From positions 1 to 55,980 of the IMG/VR virus record IMGVR_UViG_3300030107_005819: a stretch of 55,980 nucleotides of DNA. The stretch is one strand, 5' to 3'. Each line of letters starts with the position of its first letter. Position 1 is the stretch's first letter. The notes below the pieces were generated by a model. That model was given only the letters and a program-made list of their open reading frames with translations. It searched no databases and was not told the DNA's origin. The position numbers were made by a program, and so were the translations under genes. Source of the DNA: a virus (Duplodnaviria; Caudoviricetes). This document shows positions 15,883-24,761 of the stretch, piece after piece.

Positions 15883-16619
15883 TAGTCGTTCTGTGAGCTT
15901 ACGTTAAACTGCTTATGAACATCATATTGATTTACAGCAGTGTCTATAATAACTAGGTCCTGCCGAGCGGCAACTCTTGTTCCACTATTCAAAAAGAGTG
16001 TCTCTCCATACTCCACTTTCATGGGATGGTGAGAGTGTCCAGTAACCACAATGTTACAACCCATGGAGGCTCCCAATTCTGCCGCGGCCCTCTCGAACAT
16101 GTCGGGGTGCCAGCGATTGGTAAGGCTCTTAGCCTTGCTCACTAGGTTTAACCTGTGTGTGATATCAAACCCCATTCGCTCCATCCAGCCTCCCAGCCAC
16201 ACAAACACTCTTTCAAAATGATATTCAAAAGGATTGACCACCAAAGGATCTAGCTGGTGGCCGTGGAAAAAAGCAATTGAGTTGGTCCCATCTTTAATCT
16301 TTATCATCTCTCTGGCGTTTAATAGACTGGTGGTCACAGGGTCGTGGTTTCCAGCGATGAGTTCATACTTTTCATTATCCATTATTTTAGAAGTGATCCC
16401 TGGGTATTGCTTCAGGATTTTAACTAGGGTTTTTTCTTTGGAGTAACTCTTCCCCCGAAGTGTCTCGAAGATGTCTCCCAACAAAACTATTTTGTCAACG
16501 TGGTTTTCTAAATATGTTAAAAGTTCGTGAAGTCGTTCGTGTGCCCCATCATTTCTATGAAATTGATCTAGCTTGTTCCTTTCACCTAAATGAATATCGC
16601 TTAAGACAGCGATTTGCAT
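15882..16619 (-). CDS. Calcineurin-like metallophosphoesterase (LpxH-like)
   Basis: SDIHLG, LLGDIFE, GNHD, HGH, GHSH, NSG motifs. Confidence 0.9.
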   Translation of the reverse strand: MQIAVLSDIHLGERNKLDQFHRNDGAHERLHELLTYLENHVDKIVLLGDIFETLRGKSYSKEKTLVKILKQYPGITSKIMDNEKYELIAGNHDPVTTSLLNAREMIKIKDGTNSIAFFHGHQLDPLVVNPFEYHFERVFVWLGGWMERMGFDITHRLNLVSKAKSLTNRWHPDMFERAAAELGASMGCNIVVTGHSHHPMKVEYGETLFLNSGTRVAARQDLVIIDTAVNQYDVHKQFNVSSQND

Positions 16620-16705
16620 CGTCCAATAACTCCTTACACTGGTGCGTACTTTTTAACGCGCCTTAATATAAGTATATGAAAAAGCTATAAATTTGTAAAA
16701 TAAAA

Positions 16706-17461
16706 TTATTTTTCTAGTGACATCTTGGTGTCATAAGAATCGTTGATAATGTTTATTAGCCTTTCGATGTCACCGGCTCGTCGAAGAAGTTTGAAGGCGA
16801 GGTTCTCCGTGGAATAAACCCCCTTCTCTTCGAGGCCCGCTTTTCTCATTCTCTTAATCTTATCTTTAATTTTTCTGGCGGCTTTGATGGCGTCGTCAAA
16901 TTTCTCTTTTTTCATGAGGCGCTCGGCATCATCAACTTGTCTTACCAAGTCTTCTGCTTTTTTGACAGCGTTCTCCTTATCCATCCTTTCGTCGCCACGA
17001 TCTGGCTTCTTGATCCAGCGATCATACTTTAAAGAATAGATCCCTGGAGATTCATGGGGGTCGCCTCGGTTCTCGAAATAAAGTTCCACTTCGTAATCCC
17101 CCAAATAGATTTGATGAGTCCGATTCCACACGGATTTCTTAGCATTGAGAAAGTCTCGAACTAAGTCAACGTTTTCATCAACCTGGGAGAAATCTAAAAT
17201 GATGTGCAGATCGTAGTCTGAATACTTCGACCAGTTATAGTTGGCGAGGGAGCCAGTGAGAACAATATCCTGAATAACAAACTTATCTAGTCCCAATTCC
17301 TTGATAAAGTCATTGGCGATCTTGAGAAGTCTCTCGGTGATCTCTGGTTTGATTCTGTCGTCCTCGTCCCACACATTTCGATCTAAGTCGTCGTGAAGTG
17401 TTAGGGAGTCGGGGTCCAGAAGTTCTTTAATATTTATAGTGTGAAACATATTCATTCTCAA
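16706..17461 (-). CDS. DNA polymerase beta-superfamily nucleotidyltransferase
   Basis: TGSLANYNWSKYSDYDLHI (GS...DxD) plus VELY. Confidence 0.8.
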   Translation of the reverse strand: MRMNMFHTINIKELLDPDSLTLHDDLDRNVWDEDDRIKPEITERLLKIANDFIKELGLDKFVIQDIVLTGSLANYNWSKYSDYDLHIILDFSQVDENVDLVRDFLNAKKSVWNRTHQIYLGDYEVELYFENRGDPHESPGIYSLKYDRWIKKPDRGDERMDKENAVKKAEDLVRQVDDAERLMKKEKFDDAIKAARKIKDKIKRMRKAGLEEKGVYSTENLAFKLLRRAGDIERLINIINDSYDTKMSLEK

Positions 17462-18090
17462 TCTTGAAAGTCCTCTTCCTCTAACAAAGTATAAGTAAAG
17501 GAGTTACCATAAATATCCGCCGACTCATTACATATGTCTAAAAAATGTAAAAAATCTTTACTATTCTTAAAAACCTGACATCCAGCGGAGGAACCTCGGA
17601 CATATTCTTTCTCTCCCGCTCTTGAATGGCGATGAATGTTGATGCCAAACATTCCCTTCTGAATATTGTCCTCATCCATCTCTAGCTTGGAGTCTTTATC
17701 ATCGTCTCGATAGACTCGGACTGGGCCTCCTCGCTGTATAAGGGCCGTGTGACGGAGTGACCCGCCATGAGTCCCGATCTTATAAACTCCCCGGTATTGG
17801 TCAGGAACCAAGATGGCTGTCCCATCGGGATTGATTGGCTTTCTGAGAATAGAGGGGCCAGGATCCGTCGTGATCTCGTATGACTCCACTGTCCATTCTT
17901 TGTTTTTGTCTCGATAAACCAGAAGTAAGGTGTCATCAAACTTGGTGGAATCATGTGCCGCGGAACGGATGCCTATAATGTTGACGTTGAGGGGTTTGTT
18001 CCCGTCAAAAAACCTATACCCCTTCTCCTCAAGAATGTCCTTGATGAGTTCGGCATTGATGCTGGCATATAGTCCTTTAATGGTTGTCAT
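17458..18090 (-). CDS. YkuD/L,D-transpeptidase-like cell-wall enzyme (candidate endolysin)
   Basis: GINIH...SSAGCQV (His...SxGC), TTDPG. Confidence 0.6.
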   Translation of the reverse strand: MTTIKGLYASINAELIKDILEEKGYRFFDGNKPLNVNIIGIRSAAHDSTKFDDTLLLVYRDKNKEWTVESYEITTDPGPSILRKPINPDGTAILVPDQYRGVYKIGTHGGSLRHTALIQRGGPVRVYRDDDKDSKLEMDEDNIQKGMFGINIHRHSRAGEKEYVRGSSAGCQVFKNSKDFLHFLDICNESADIYGNSFTYTLLEEEDFQD

Positions 18091-18111
18091 AACGTAATTC
18101 CGTCTATAATA

Positions 18112-18119
18112 TAAATAGT
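18112..18119 (-). promoter_or_regulatory. Putative late promoter motif ACTATTTA
   Basis: Intergenic, recurrent, no -35 box. Confidence 0.55.
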
Positions 18120-18129
18120 TGTTATGACT

Positions 18130-18321
18130 CTATTTTTCGTCTTCTGGTTCGAATGAGTGGGTGTGCTTGTTGCCAAATTTATCATATAAAATTAGGTCGC
18201 CTGAAGATATCTCATGTCTCTTCTCAGGAGTCTTTTGCTTCTTTGGTGGTTGCCCACACCACTTAAGGTGATGAGCGGGTATTGAGGTTACAGGTTGTAC
18301 GGGGGAGATTTTATTTATCAT
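18130..18321 (-). CDS. Hypothetical protein
   Basis: 63 aa; ISPVQPV...LYDKFG. Confidence 0.55.
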   Translation of the reverse strand: MINKISPVQPVTSIPAHHLKWCGQPPKKQKTPEKRHEISSGDLILYDKFGNKHTHSFEPEDEK

Positions 18322-18736
18322 TTATTAACTCTTTTGCTTTCTCGACTGCTTTTTTATATTTGTTAGATAAATTATACTCTTTTGGTTCCGAAAGTTTAAC
18401 TCTTTTATACCCAGAGTGCTCATCACTAAGTTTTATTTCCTGATCAGGAAGTTCTAAAACATAAAAAGTGGTTGAATCTAAAGTTCCCACCTTCTGGGCT
18501 TTAGACGAATCAATGTCCAGTCCTGTTTCTTCTTTTACTTCCCGCTCTAATGCCGTGAGTTTCTCCTCTCCCTCCTGGACGTGGCCTCCGGGGAGGTCAA
18601 AGGTGTCGAAACTATTTTCCAGCCCAAGGAATGTGCCGTCCTTGTGGAGAATTATTTTTACCACTTCATCACTATCTTCTATTTTTTCTTGTGTTTCGCT
18701 CATAAACTTCCACCAATTTTCAAGGAGTTGTTTCAT
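18311..18736 (-). CDS. Nudix hydrolase with MKQLLENW leader
   Basis: Nudix box PGGHVQEGEEKLTALEREVKEETGL; LSDEHSGY. Confidence 0.92.
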   Translation of the reverse strand: MKQLLENWWKFMSETQEKIEDSDEVVKIILHKDGTFLGLENSFDTFDLPGGHVQEGEEKLTALEREVKEETGLDIDSSKAQKVGTLDSTTFYVLELPDQEIKLSDEHSGYKRVKLSEPKEYNLSNKYKKAVEKAKELINDK

Positions 18737-18960
18737 TTTTTAAGCGACTCCTCCGTGGCATTAATAAGGGCCTCCATTATGTCTATCACATCGATTGGGA
18801 TTTCAGACGTATTACCATAAAATTCTCTCAGCAATTCTCCAATTCTACCTTCTAAGGCAATAACTCTCTGAAGATCTTCTTCTGAAATTTTAGGTTGATG
18901 AGGGAAGTCAAGAACCTCTCCTTCTAATAATTTACGCCAATTTTCAAGTAGTTGTTTCAC
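18733..18960 (-). CDS. Small protein with MKQLLENW leader
   Basis: GTG start; first 8 aa identical to the neighbouring Nudix protein. Confidence 0.75.
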   Translation of the reverse strand: MKQLLENWRKLLEGEVLDFPHQPKISEEDLQRVIALEGRIGELLREFYGNTSEIPIDVIDIMEALINATEESLKK

Positions 18961-19342
18961 TTTGATGTTTCTCCTTGATATAATTAGCTATTGGAACAGC
19001 TTCTCCGTCACCATCAATACGAACAAATTTCATCTGTGTTCGACAAACTACCTTCTCCGAGTTATTATATGTGCTATGTCGCCGAGCTTCAATGTTTAAA
19101 AGACAAGAGGATCGACCAAAGTTTTCTAAGTTTCCATAAATTTTTATGATTTGACCTGGGCGAACTGGTTTCAAAAACTGAACCTTGTCCATAGAAACGG
19201 TGACCATTCGTGGTGTCTCACAAATCTGACAAGCGTACGCCACCGCGGCCTCGTCCAGCCAAGCAAGCATAAGGCCGCCAAAGAGATTTCCATGATAACC
19301 ACAATCATTCTCTTTACACATGTGTGTAGATATTAGTTCCAT
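18944..19342 (-). CDS. Acyl-CoA thioesterase, hotdog fold (YciA-like)
   Basis: DCGYHGNLFGGLMLAWLDEAA, VTVSMDKVQFLKPV.PG, FGRSS, FVRID. Confidence 0.9.
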   Translation of the reverse strand: MELISTHMCKENDCGYHGNLFGGLMLAWLDEAAVAYACQICETPRMVTVSMDKVQFLKPVRPGQIIKIYGNLENFGRSSCLLNIEARRHSTYNNSEKVVCRTQMKFVRIDGDGEAVPIANYIKEKHQSETTT

Positions 19343-19963
19343 TTACAACTCCTGAGATAATTGTGTGGCCCGAGCAATAGTGGCCTGGATATCGTCTTCC
19401 TGAATCACATGGTCGGCAAGAGACTGGACTTTCTCATCCTTGGCCACTTCCTTTTCCAACTCTTTCATTCTCGCTGCTAGTTGCTCTGGCGATTCATATT
19501 CTCCCGTTTCTTTTCTCTTTAGTTGACGTGAGACAAGCTCATCGGGGCTTGCTGTCACGTAAATAGCGTGAACTGTCTTTCCCAGATCTCGAAGCTCCTT
19601 CTTCAGTTTCATGACGCTGGTCTTGTCTGTAATCATAACTGCCTTGTCAGCCGCTCGAATCGCCTCCTTGTCGTTGCCATAAGAGTTGCCAGCATAAGCC
19701 AGGTTCACATTGAGGAGTCGATCTTGGTCGTATAAATCTTGAAAATTTTCCGGCGAAATAAATTCGTACTCTCGGTTTTCAGCTTCGGCTGATCCTGGGC
19801 GGGGAGGGCGTGTGGTGAAAGAGACAATCTTGTCCCACCCATTATCCACAAACACATCTCGTGCCACGGACTTACCCGATGCACTGGGGCCAAAGATAGC
19901 GACCACTGTTCCTGTTCCCTGATTCTCCTTAAGATAAGTTCCCCATCCCTTATGAAATGTCAT
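19343..19963 (-). CDS. gmk: Guanylate kinase-like protein
   Basis: GPSASGKS, SFTTRPPRPG, EYEFIS, GNSYG. Confidence 0.85.
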   Translation of the reverse strand: MTFHKGWGTYLKENQGTGTVVAIFGPSASGKSVARDVFVDNGWDKIVSFTTRPPRPGSAEAENREYEFISPENFQDLYDQDRLLNVNLAYAGNSYGNDKEAIRAADKAVMITDKTSVMKLKKELRDLGKTVHAIYVTASPDELVSRQLKRKETGEYESPEQLAARMKELEKEVAKDEKVQSLADHVIQEDDIQATIARATQLSQEL

Positions 19964-20382
19964 CGCTCCACCTGTGTAACTTTGAGAAGTTTAATACGGG
20001 TGACTCCATCAACTTTCAGAACGGTCTGAAGAAGAAGGTCAATGTATGCCTGGAGGGCAATCTTTTCTTTAACAACCTTAATGTCGATGAAACTTCGAAT
20101 CATGTTGCCTCCCAGAGGGGTGGGCTGTCCCTTGGTGGCACAGCGAGTTACTCCCTGAATAGCTCGGATACTGTTCAGGACATCGGTGGTGCTTTGAGAT
20201 TTGTCGTGAGTAAGGGCCGCGTTCAGCACATAGAGATCCAATGTAATCTCTGCCTCGGCAAGATGGCGGCCCACTTCCTCAAGGATATACGTGGCCGGAT
20301 CATTTTCAATTTTCTCTGCCACTTCAAGTGCTTGAGTTTCTTCTACTATTAGTTCTCTTAATCTCTTTTTGTTTATCTTCAT
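19960..20382 (-). CDS. Hypothetical protein with MKINKKRLRELIVEE leader
   Basis: 140 aa; IRAIQGVT / LKVDGVT suggests a ferredoxin-like alpha/beta domain. Confidence 0.7.
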   Translation of the reverse strand: MKINKKRLRELIVEETQALEVAEKIENDPATYILEEVGRHLAEAEITLDLYVLNAALTHDKSQSTTDVLNSIRAIQGVTRCATKGQPTPLGGNMIRSFIDIKVVKEKIALQAYIDLLLQTVLKVDGVTRIKLLKVTQVER

Positions 20383-20402
20383 TAGGTGGCCCCGGTTTAT
20401 AT

Positions 20403-20410
20403 TAAATAGT
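20403..20410 (-). promoter_or_regulatory. Putative late promoter motif ACTATTTA
   Basis: Heads the tightly coupled 20382-18130 gene run. Confidence 0.55.
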
Positions 20411-20416
20411 CCAATG

Positions 20417-20785
20417 TTAATGGATAGTTAAATTAATTCCCCACTTAGTAATGAGGTCATAGTCGTTAAACATAACTAACTGAGCGTGAGACTTCAGGGT
20501 GTCGACCTGAGCCTTTGTCAACAGATACTGTTCCTCTTGAGCTTCTTCGTTAAACTCCAGCTTTGATTCTTCTAGTTCTTCCATGATCTCTCGAAAAAGT
20601 CGAGCGTTTGTTATGTACTCACAAAGAAGATCAGTTAGCTCTTGGTTGGAGCTTTCCGATTTTACCTCTGTCTCCAATAGGTGGGACAAGAGTGACAAGC
20701 ATTGAAGAATTTCTTCATGTTGCTTCTTCCTGACACCTGGGTCAAACCAATACTTTCTGGGCTTAGGCGAGGGGAACTTGGGCAT
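20417..20785 (-). CDS. Hypothetical protein
   Basis: 122-aa helical ORF. Confidence 0.65.
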   Translation of the reverse strand: MPKFPSPKPRKYWFDPGVRKKQHEEILQCLSLLSHLLETEVKSESSNQELTDLLCEYITNARLFREIMEELEESKLEFNEEAQEEQYLLTKAQVDTLKSHAQLVMFNDYDLITKWGINLTIH

Positions 20786-20790
20786 TGGAT

Positions 20791-21093
20791 CTAATCTCTC
20801 AAAAGACTTTTGGTGTTTTTAAATATCTGCTTCTGTACTTGGCCTGGAGTTCCGATGACAACAACATCGATTCCTGTCTGGCCCCGATTCATATAAATTC
20901 TGGTAAAGGACTGGTTTTCGTCCAGGCCAGGGGGTAATTTACTTTCTTGTAAAAGGCCCTTAAAGTGAGGATCCTCTCGTAAGCACACTACTTGTTCCGG
21001 ATTGATAAAAACTTCACGTAATCCATAACTCCTTTGGCGTTCGTTCGAATGAACTCGGGTACTTTCATAAACTTCAACTAGCGATATTATCAT
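20791..21093 (-). CDS. Hypothetical protein
   Basis: 100 aa; VFINPEQVVCLRED. Confidence 0.7.
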   Translation of the reverse strand: MIISLVEVYESTRVHSNERQRSYGLREVFINPEQVVCLREDPHFKGLLQESKLPPGLDENQSFTRIYMNRGQTGIDVVVIGTPGQVQKQIFKNTKSLLRD

Positions 21094-21325
21094 ATTCTTT
21101 CCTCATTGATTTAACGTAATGCTTAGGAACACTCCAACATTGCCCATCATAAAATATCTTATGATATGTTTCGGTGTCGTCCTTAACAACCAACAACACA
21201 CAAGATGGCTCAGTGGTTTTACGGAAGCCCGAAGGGTGCCAACCATCTTTAGTAAACTTAAGGAGTGTTAAGTCTGCCGGGATGTAGACTAGATCACCTG
21301 CTTGTACAGACTCGGGGGTGCTCAC
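21074..21325 (-). CDS. Small KOW/SH3-like protein
   Basis: VQAGDLVYIP...YHKIFYDGQCWSV. Confidence 0.7.
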   Translation of the reverse strand: MSTPESVQAGDLVYIPADLTLLKFTKDGWHPSGFRKTTEPSCVLLVVKDDTETYHKIFYDGQCWSVPKHYVKSMRKEYDNIAS

Positions 21326-21744
21326 TGCTCTCCTCCCTCTTCTGTCTCTGTAAGCTCCTGAAGCTTTTCGTGTTGTTTCTGAAGTTCGGCCACCTTTTCA
21401 GCCAGTCCCGGATGAATGTCGGGAGAGGGAGAGGGAGCGGGGGTTGGAGCAACCACCTGGGGTGTCTCTAGTTGAGAGAGCACGTTTTGATATCCGGCCA
21501 TAAAATTAGAGAGGTCTTCGAAGTTGTCGATAATATCCTGTAGGCCGACTCTTACTGATTCCAAGTCACTCAAATGTCTTGTAGTTGCCTCCAGATTGCC
21601 TCGGTTTTTATCCACCTGATTACATAAGTGTTTTAAGGCGATAAATACCTCGTCCTGTAGTGAGTCGAGAATCTCCTCGGCTTTCTCCAGGATCTGTTCG
21701 GGAATTTCTTCCACTTCTATTCGTTTTTGTATTGTAACTTTCAT
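21322..21744 (-). CDS. Coiled-coil hypothetical protein
   Basis: Heptad-rich with Pro-rich linker. Confidence 0.7.
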   Translation of the reverse strand: MKVTIQKRIEVEEIPEQILEKAEEILDSLQDEVFIALKHLCNQVDKNRGNLEATTRHLSDLESVRVGLQDIIDNFEDLSNFMAGYQNVLSQLETPQVVAPTPAPSPSPDIHPGLAEKVAELQKQHEKLQELTETEEGGEQ

Positions 21745-21754
21745 ATTTTGTCCT

Positions 21755-22021
21755 TTATCCTAAGTGTTGATACCAACTAGCCACTGACATGGCGACCAGG
21801 GATGTGACCGCAAGCCACATAAGTTTAGTGGTGGTCTTCTTAACCCCCTCCAAGTCACGAACTCGGGCATAGAGGCCCTTGTCAGGGTCATAGAGAGCAT
21901 GATGGACCTGAGAAACATGTTCAGACATGTCTTCCTGTCTCTCTTTGATTACTTCAATCGAGTCCATAATTCGCTGGACTTTAATGTCCAATTCTCTTAA
22001 TGCTTCTTGGGGGCTTAACAT
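21755..22021 (-). CDS. Coiled-coil protein with C-terminal membrane helix (holin-like, tentative)
   Basis: LYDPDKGLYARVRDLE followed by LMWLAVTSLVAMSVASW. Confidence 0.6.
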   Translation of the reverse strand: MLSPQEALRELDIKVQRIMDSIEVIKERQEDMSEHVSQVHHALYDPDKGLYARVRDLEGVKKTTTKLMWLAVTSLVAMSVASWYQHLG

Positions 22022-22054
22022 AGCGGGATCACCTTTATTATATATGTTTCATAC

Positions 22055-22062
22055 TAATTAGT
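22055..22062 (-). promoter_or_regulatory. Putative late promoter motif ACTAATTA
   Basis: Intergenic variant of ACTATTTA. Confidence 0.45.
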
Positions 22063-22076
22063 CAACTAAAAACTGA

Positions 22077-23645
22077 TTATTTTTCGATAATTGCAAAATT
22101 TGTAGTAATCAAGGTCGACGCCACAGACACGGCATTCTGAAGGGCTGTAGTGGTTACCTTGGCGGGGTCGATAACTCCGGCCTCAAACAGGTCTGTTACC
22201 TCCCCGTCATAAAAATTGACGCCTCGATTCCCTTCTTCATTTAAAACAGTGTGGAGAGTGACATCGGGGGACACACCGGCATTAGAAGCCATCTGCCTAA
22301 TGGGGGCTTTCACTGCCTCTAAGACGATCTGAACTCCGAGGGATTGTTCTTCGTTATCGGTTTCCACCTCGACTCCGTGAGCGGCACGAACCAAGGTTAC
22401 TCCTCCTCCAGCCACGACCCCCTCTTGTTGAGCAGATCTAACAGCTTCAAGAGCATCTTCAATTCGGTGTTTCTTTTCAATCATCTCTACTTCAGACAAG
22501 CCACCGGCTCTAATAATTGCCACTCCACTGGCCAGTCTGGTTATTCGATCCTGAACTCTTTCCGCTTCATGGAGGTTCTCAGTCTGGCCTAATTCCACCT
22601 TAAGAACCTCAATTCTGTCTTCGACCTGATCGATGTCGCCCTGGCCTCCCACGAAGGTGGTCGTAGTTTTGTTAATGTCCACAGTGCTCACCACTCCCAA
22701 GTCTGCCAATTGGACTTCTTTTAATTTTTTTGAGGAAGATCGAGTGAAAAAGGTCGACCCAATAGAGAGGGCCAAGTCGCTTAAAATGTTCCTTCTCTCT
22801 TCCCCATAGCGAGGAGCCTTAACAGCCACCACCCTCATGGTGCCCCGAATAGCGTTCATAATAAGAGCGGCCAGGGCCTGACCTTCCACGTTCTCAGCGA
22901 CAATGAGCAGCGGTCGGTTTTCTCGGGCCACCAATTCCAATGTGGGCAAAATTTGCTCAACAGATTCGATAGACTCGTCCGTGATGAGAACATAACAATC
23001 TTCGTATTTAACGGCTCCCCTTCTCTCATCAGTAATAAATTGAGGAGAGAGATATCCGGATTCAATTCTAAATCCCTCCACGAAATCAAGACTGGTTTCG
23101 ATAGAGCGAGCTTCCTCCACTGTAATGGACCCATCTTTTCCCACTCGGTCGACGGCTGTCGCGACGAGCTTTCCAATCGTCTTATCATTATTAGCTGAAA
23201 TTGTAGCCACATGGGCAATATCGGCTTCGCTGGCGATTGGGCGAGCCATGGCCTTGACATTCGCCACAATGCTTTGTGTCGCTTTGTCCATCCCTCGCTT
23301 AAGTTCCACAGGGGAAACGCCCGCTTTAAGAAATTTCTGAGATTGATTAAGGATTGCTCGGGCTAAAACTGTCGCCGTGGTCGTTCCGTCTCCGGCATCG
23401 CTGTTAGTTTCTTCGGAAGCCTGCTTAATAATTTGGGCTCCCACATTTTCAAACTCATCTTCTAGGTCCACAAACTTGGCGATAGTCACACCGTCCTTCG
23501 TGATGATGGGGCGCTTTCCCTTTTGTTGAAGGATCACGTTCCGTCCTTTGGGGCCAAGAGTGGATGCCACGTTGTCAGCCAGTTTATTAACTCCGGTCAA
23601 CACCTTCTCGTGTAAAGCAGAATCATTACAATACTTTTTAGTCAT
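22077..23645 (-). CDS. groEL: Group I chaperonin GroEL
   Basis: [59 protein letters not shown]; lacks GGM tail. Confidence 0.97.
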   Translation of the reverse strand: MTKKYCNDSALHEKVLTGVNKLADNVASTLGPKGRNVILQQKGKRPIITKDGVTIAKFVDLEDEFENVGAQIIKQASEETNSDAGDGTTTATVLARAILNQSQKFLKAGVSPVELKRGMDKATQSIVANVKAMARPIASEADIAHVATISANNDKTIGKLVATAVDRVGKDGSITVEEARSIETSLDFVEGFRIESGYLSPQFITDERRGAVKYEDCYVLITDESIESVEQILPTLELVARENRPLLIVAENVEGQALAALIMNAIRGTMRVVAVKAPRYGEERRNILSDLALSIGSTFFTRSSSKKLKEVQLADLGVVSTVDINKTTTTFVGGQGDIDQVEDRIEVLKVELGQTENLHEAERVQDRITRLASGVAIIRAGGLSEVEMIEKKHRIEDALEAVRSAQQEGVVAGGGVTLVRAAHGVEVETDNEEQSLGVQIVLEAVKAPIRQMASNAGVSPDVTLHTVLNEEGNRGVNFYDGEVTDLFEAGVIDPAKVTTTALQNAVSVASTLITTNFAIIEK

Positions 23646-23668
23646 TTTAACCTCGTGTGTGTCTGTAT

Positions 23669-23696
23669 ATTATAACAAGTTTTGTGAAAAAGTAAA
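23669..23696 (-). promoter_or_regulatory. Extended -10 promoter for groEL
   Basis: TGTTATAAT with weak TTTACT -35 (16-nt spacer). Confidence 0.55.
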
Positions 23697-23699
23697 GGG

Positions 23700-24731
23700 T
23701 TATTTTATATAATCGTTAACATTTTGAGCAAGTTCCCTGCTCTGAGCCACGGCGTTGGTCGCCGCTAATTTATTTTCATTAACGAAGTAGTCAGTAAGCT
23801 CCTCAGATAAAACAGACATGTTGTCGTATATTAAAGTAACTCCCTGATTCAACCGACTCAACGAATCCCGAGCAATGTCGATGATTTCATCTTCAGTGGG
23901 AAGGGCCATGCCGATCTTAGATTCTATAGCGGCTTTATTAATAGACCATGACTTGCCATTGGAACCAATATTAACCGCCACATCAAAGTTTTCAGGAGTA
24001 ATCTCAACAAAATAAAAGTTCACACCATTTTGTCTTTTCTCCCCAATCACATATTCGACTGAACCGTAGTTTTCAATGCCCACTTTAAGTAATTCAACAT
24101 TCGTCCCTCCGGCAGAGGAGCCGGGTCTTACAAACTTTAAACTAAAAGCCTTCTGAGTGAGGCACGTTTCTTCGTCTGCCATCTCTTCTTCCGTCGACAT
24201 ACACATCACAACATCTTCAATCGGAAGTGATGAGCCTGTAGTATCTGTCTCCTGGGTTCCCCCAATGATTGCGGCCACGAAACTTTCAAACATCCAGCCG
24301 GCAGCTTGAGCTTCAAACTTGTAACGAATAGCACTGAACGCGTCCAGTAATGTAATGAAAGAGAGGATCTCTGGGATAGTATGATATCGACACGTCTCCT
24401 CGGAACAACTGTTAACAAAGTTGGCCAACGAAGCCACTCGCCCCTGGATAGTATTCTCGGTGGCATCAGCTTGAATCCGATTCACGAACATGTCCACCAT
24501 CTCTCGCTCTTGAGTTCCTGGCTTACCCCAGTCGTTAGTTATCCTTAACTGGGGGTAAGGGATGGCCCGACGATGCTCTTTAGTTGAGGGCTTGGCTTCC
24601 GTCTGTAAGGTGCTCGTGCTTTTTTTAAACTTGCTGAACTGTTCCTCAATTAAGGAAAACAAGTCCTGGGCGCTTATGGGATCTTCTTTGCTTCCCTCAA
24701 AGTGATTGTTTATAATGTCGTCGATGCTCAT
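23700..24731 (-). CDS. Hypothetical protein, PD-(D/E)XK nuclease-like
   Basis: AAGWMFESFVAAII...IEDV...FSLKF fits the E-helix...D...(D/E/S)xK pattern. Confidence 0.45.
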   Translation of the reverse strand: MSIDDIINNHFEGSKEDPISAQDLFSLIEEQFSKFKKSTSTLQTEAKPSTKEHRRAIPYPQLRITNDWGKPGTQEREMVDMFVNRIQADATENTIQGRVASLANFVNSCSEETCRYHTIPEILSFITLLDAFSAIRYKFEAQAAGWMFESFVAAIIGGTQETDTTGSSLPIEDVVMCMSTEEEMADEETCLTQKAFSLKFVRPGSSAGGTNVELLKVGIENYGSVEYVIGEKRQNGVNFYFVEITPENFDVAVNIGSNGKSWSINKAAIESKIGMALPTEDEIIDIARDSLSRLNQGVTLIYDNMSVLSEELTDYFVNENKLAATNAVAQSRELAQNVNDYIK

Positions 24732-24735
24732 GATT

Positions 24736-24743
24736 TAAATAGT
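24736..24743 (-). promoter_or_regulatory. Putative late promoter motif ACTATTTA
   Basis: Ends 4 nt before ATG 24731. Confidence 0.55.
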
Positions 24744-24761
24744 TAATATTGCTGGTTAATT

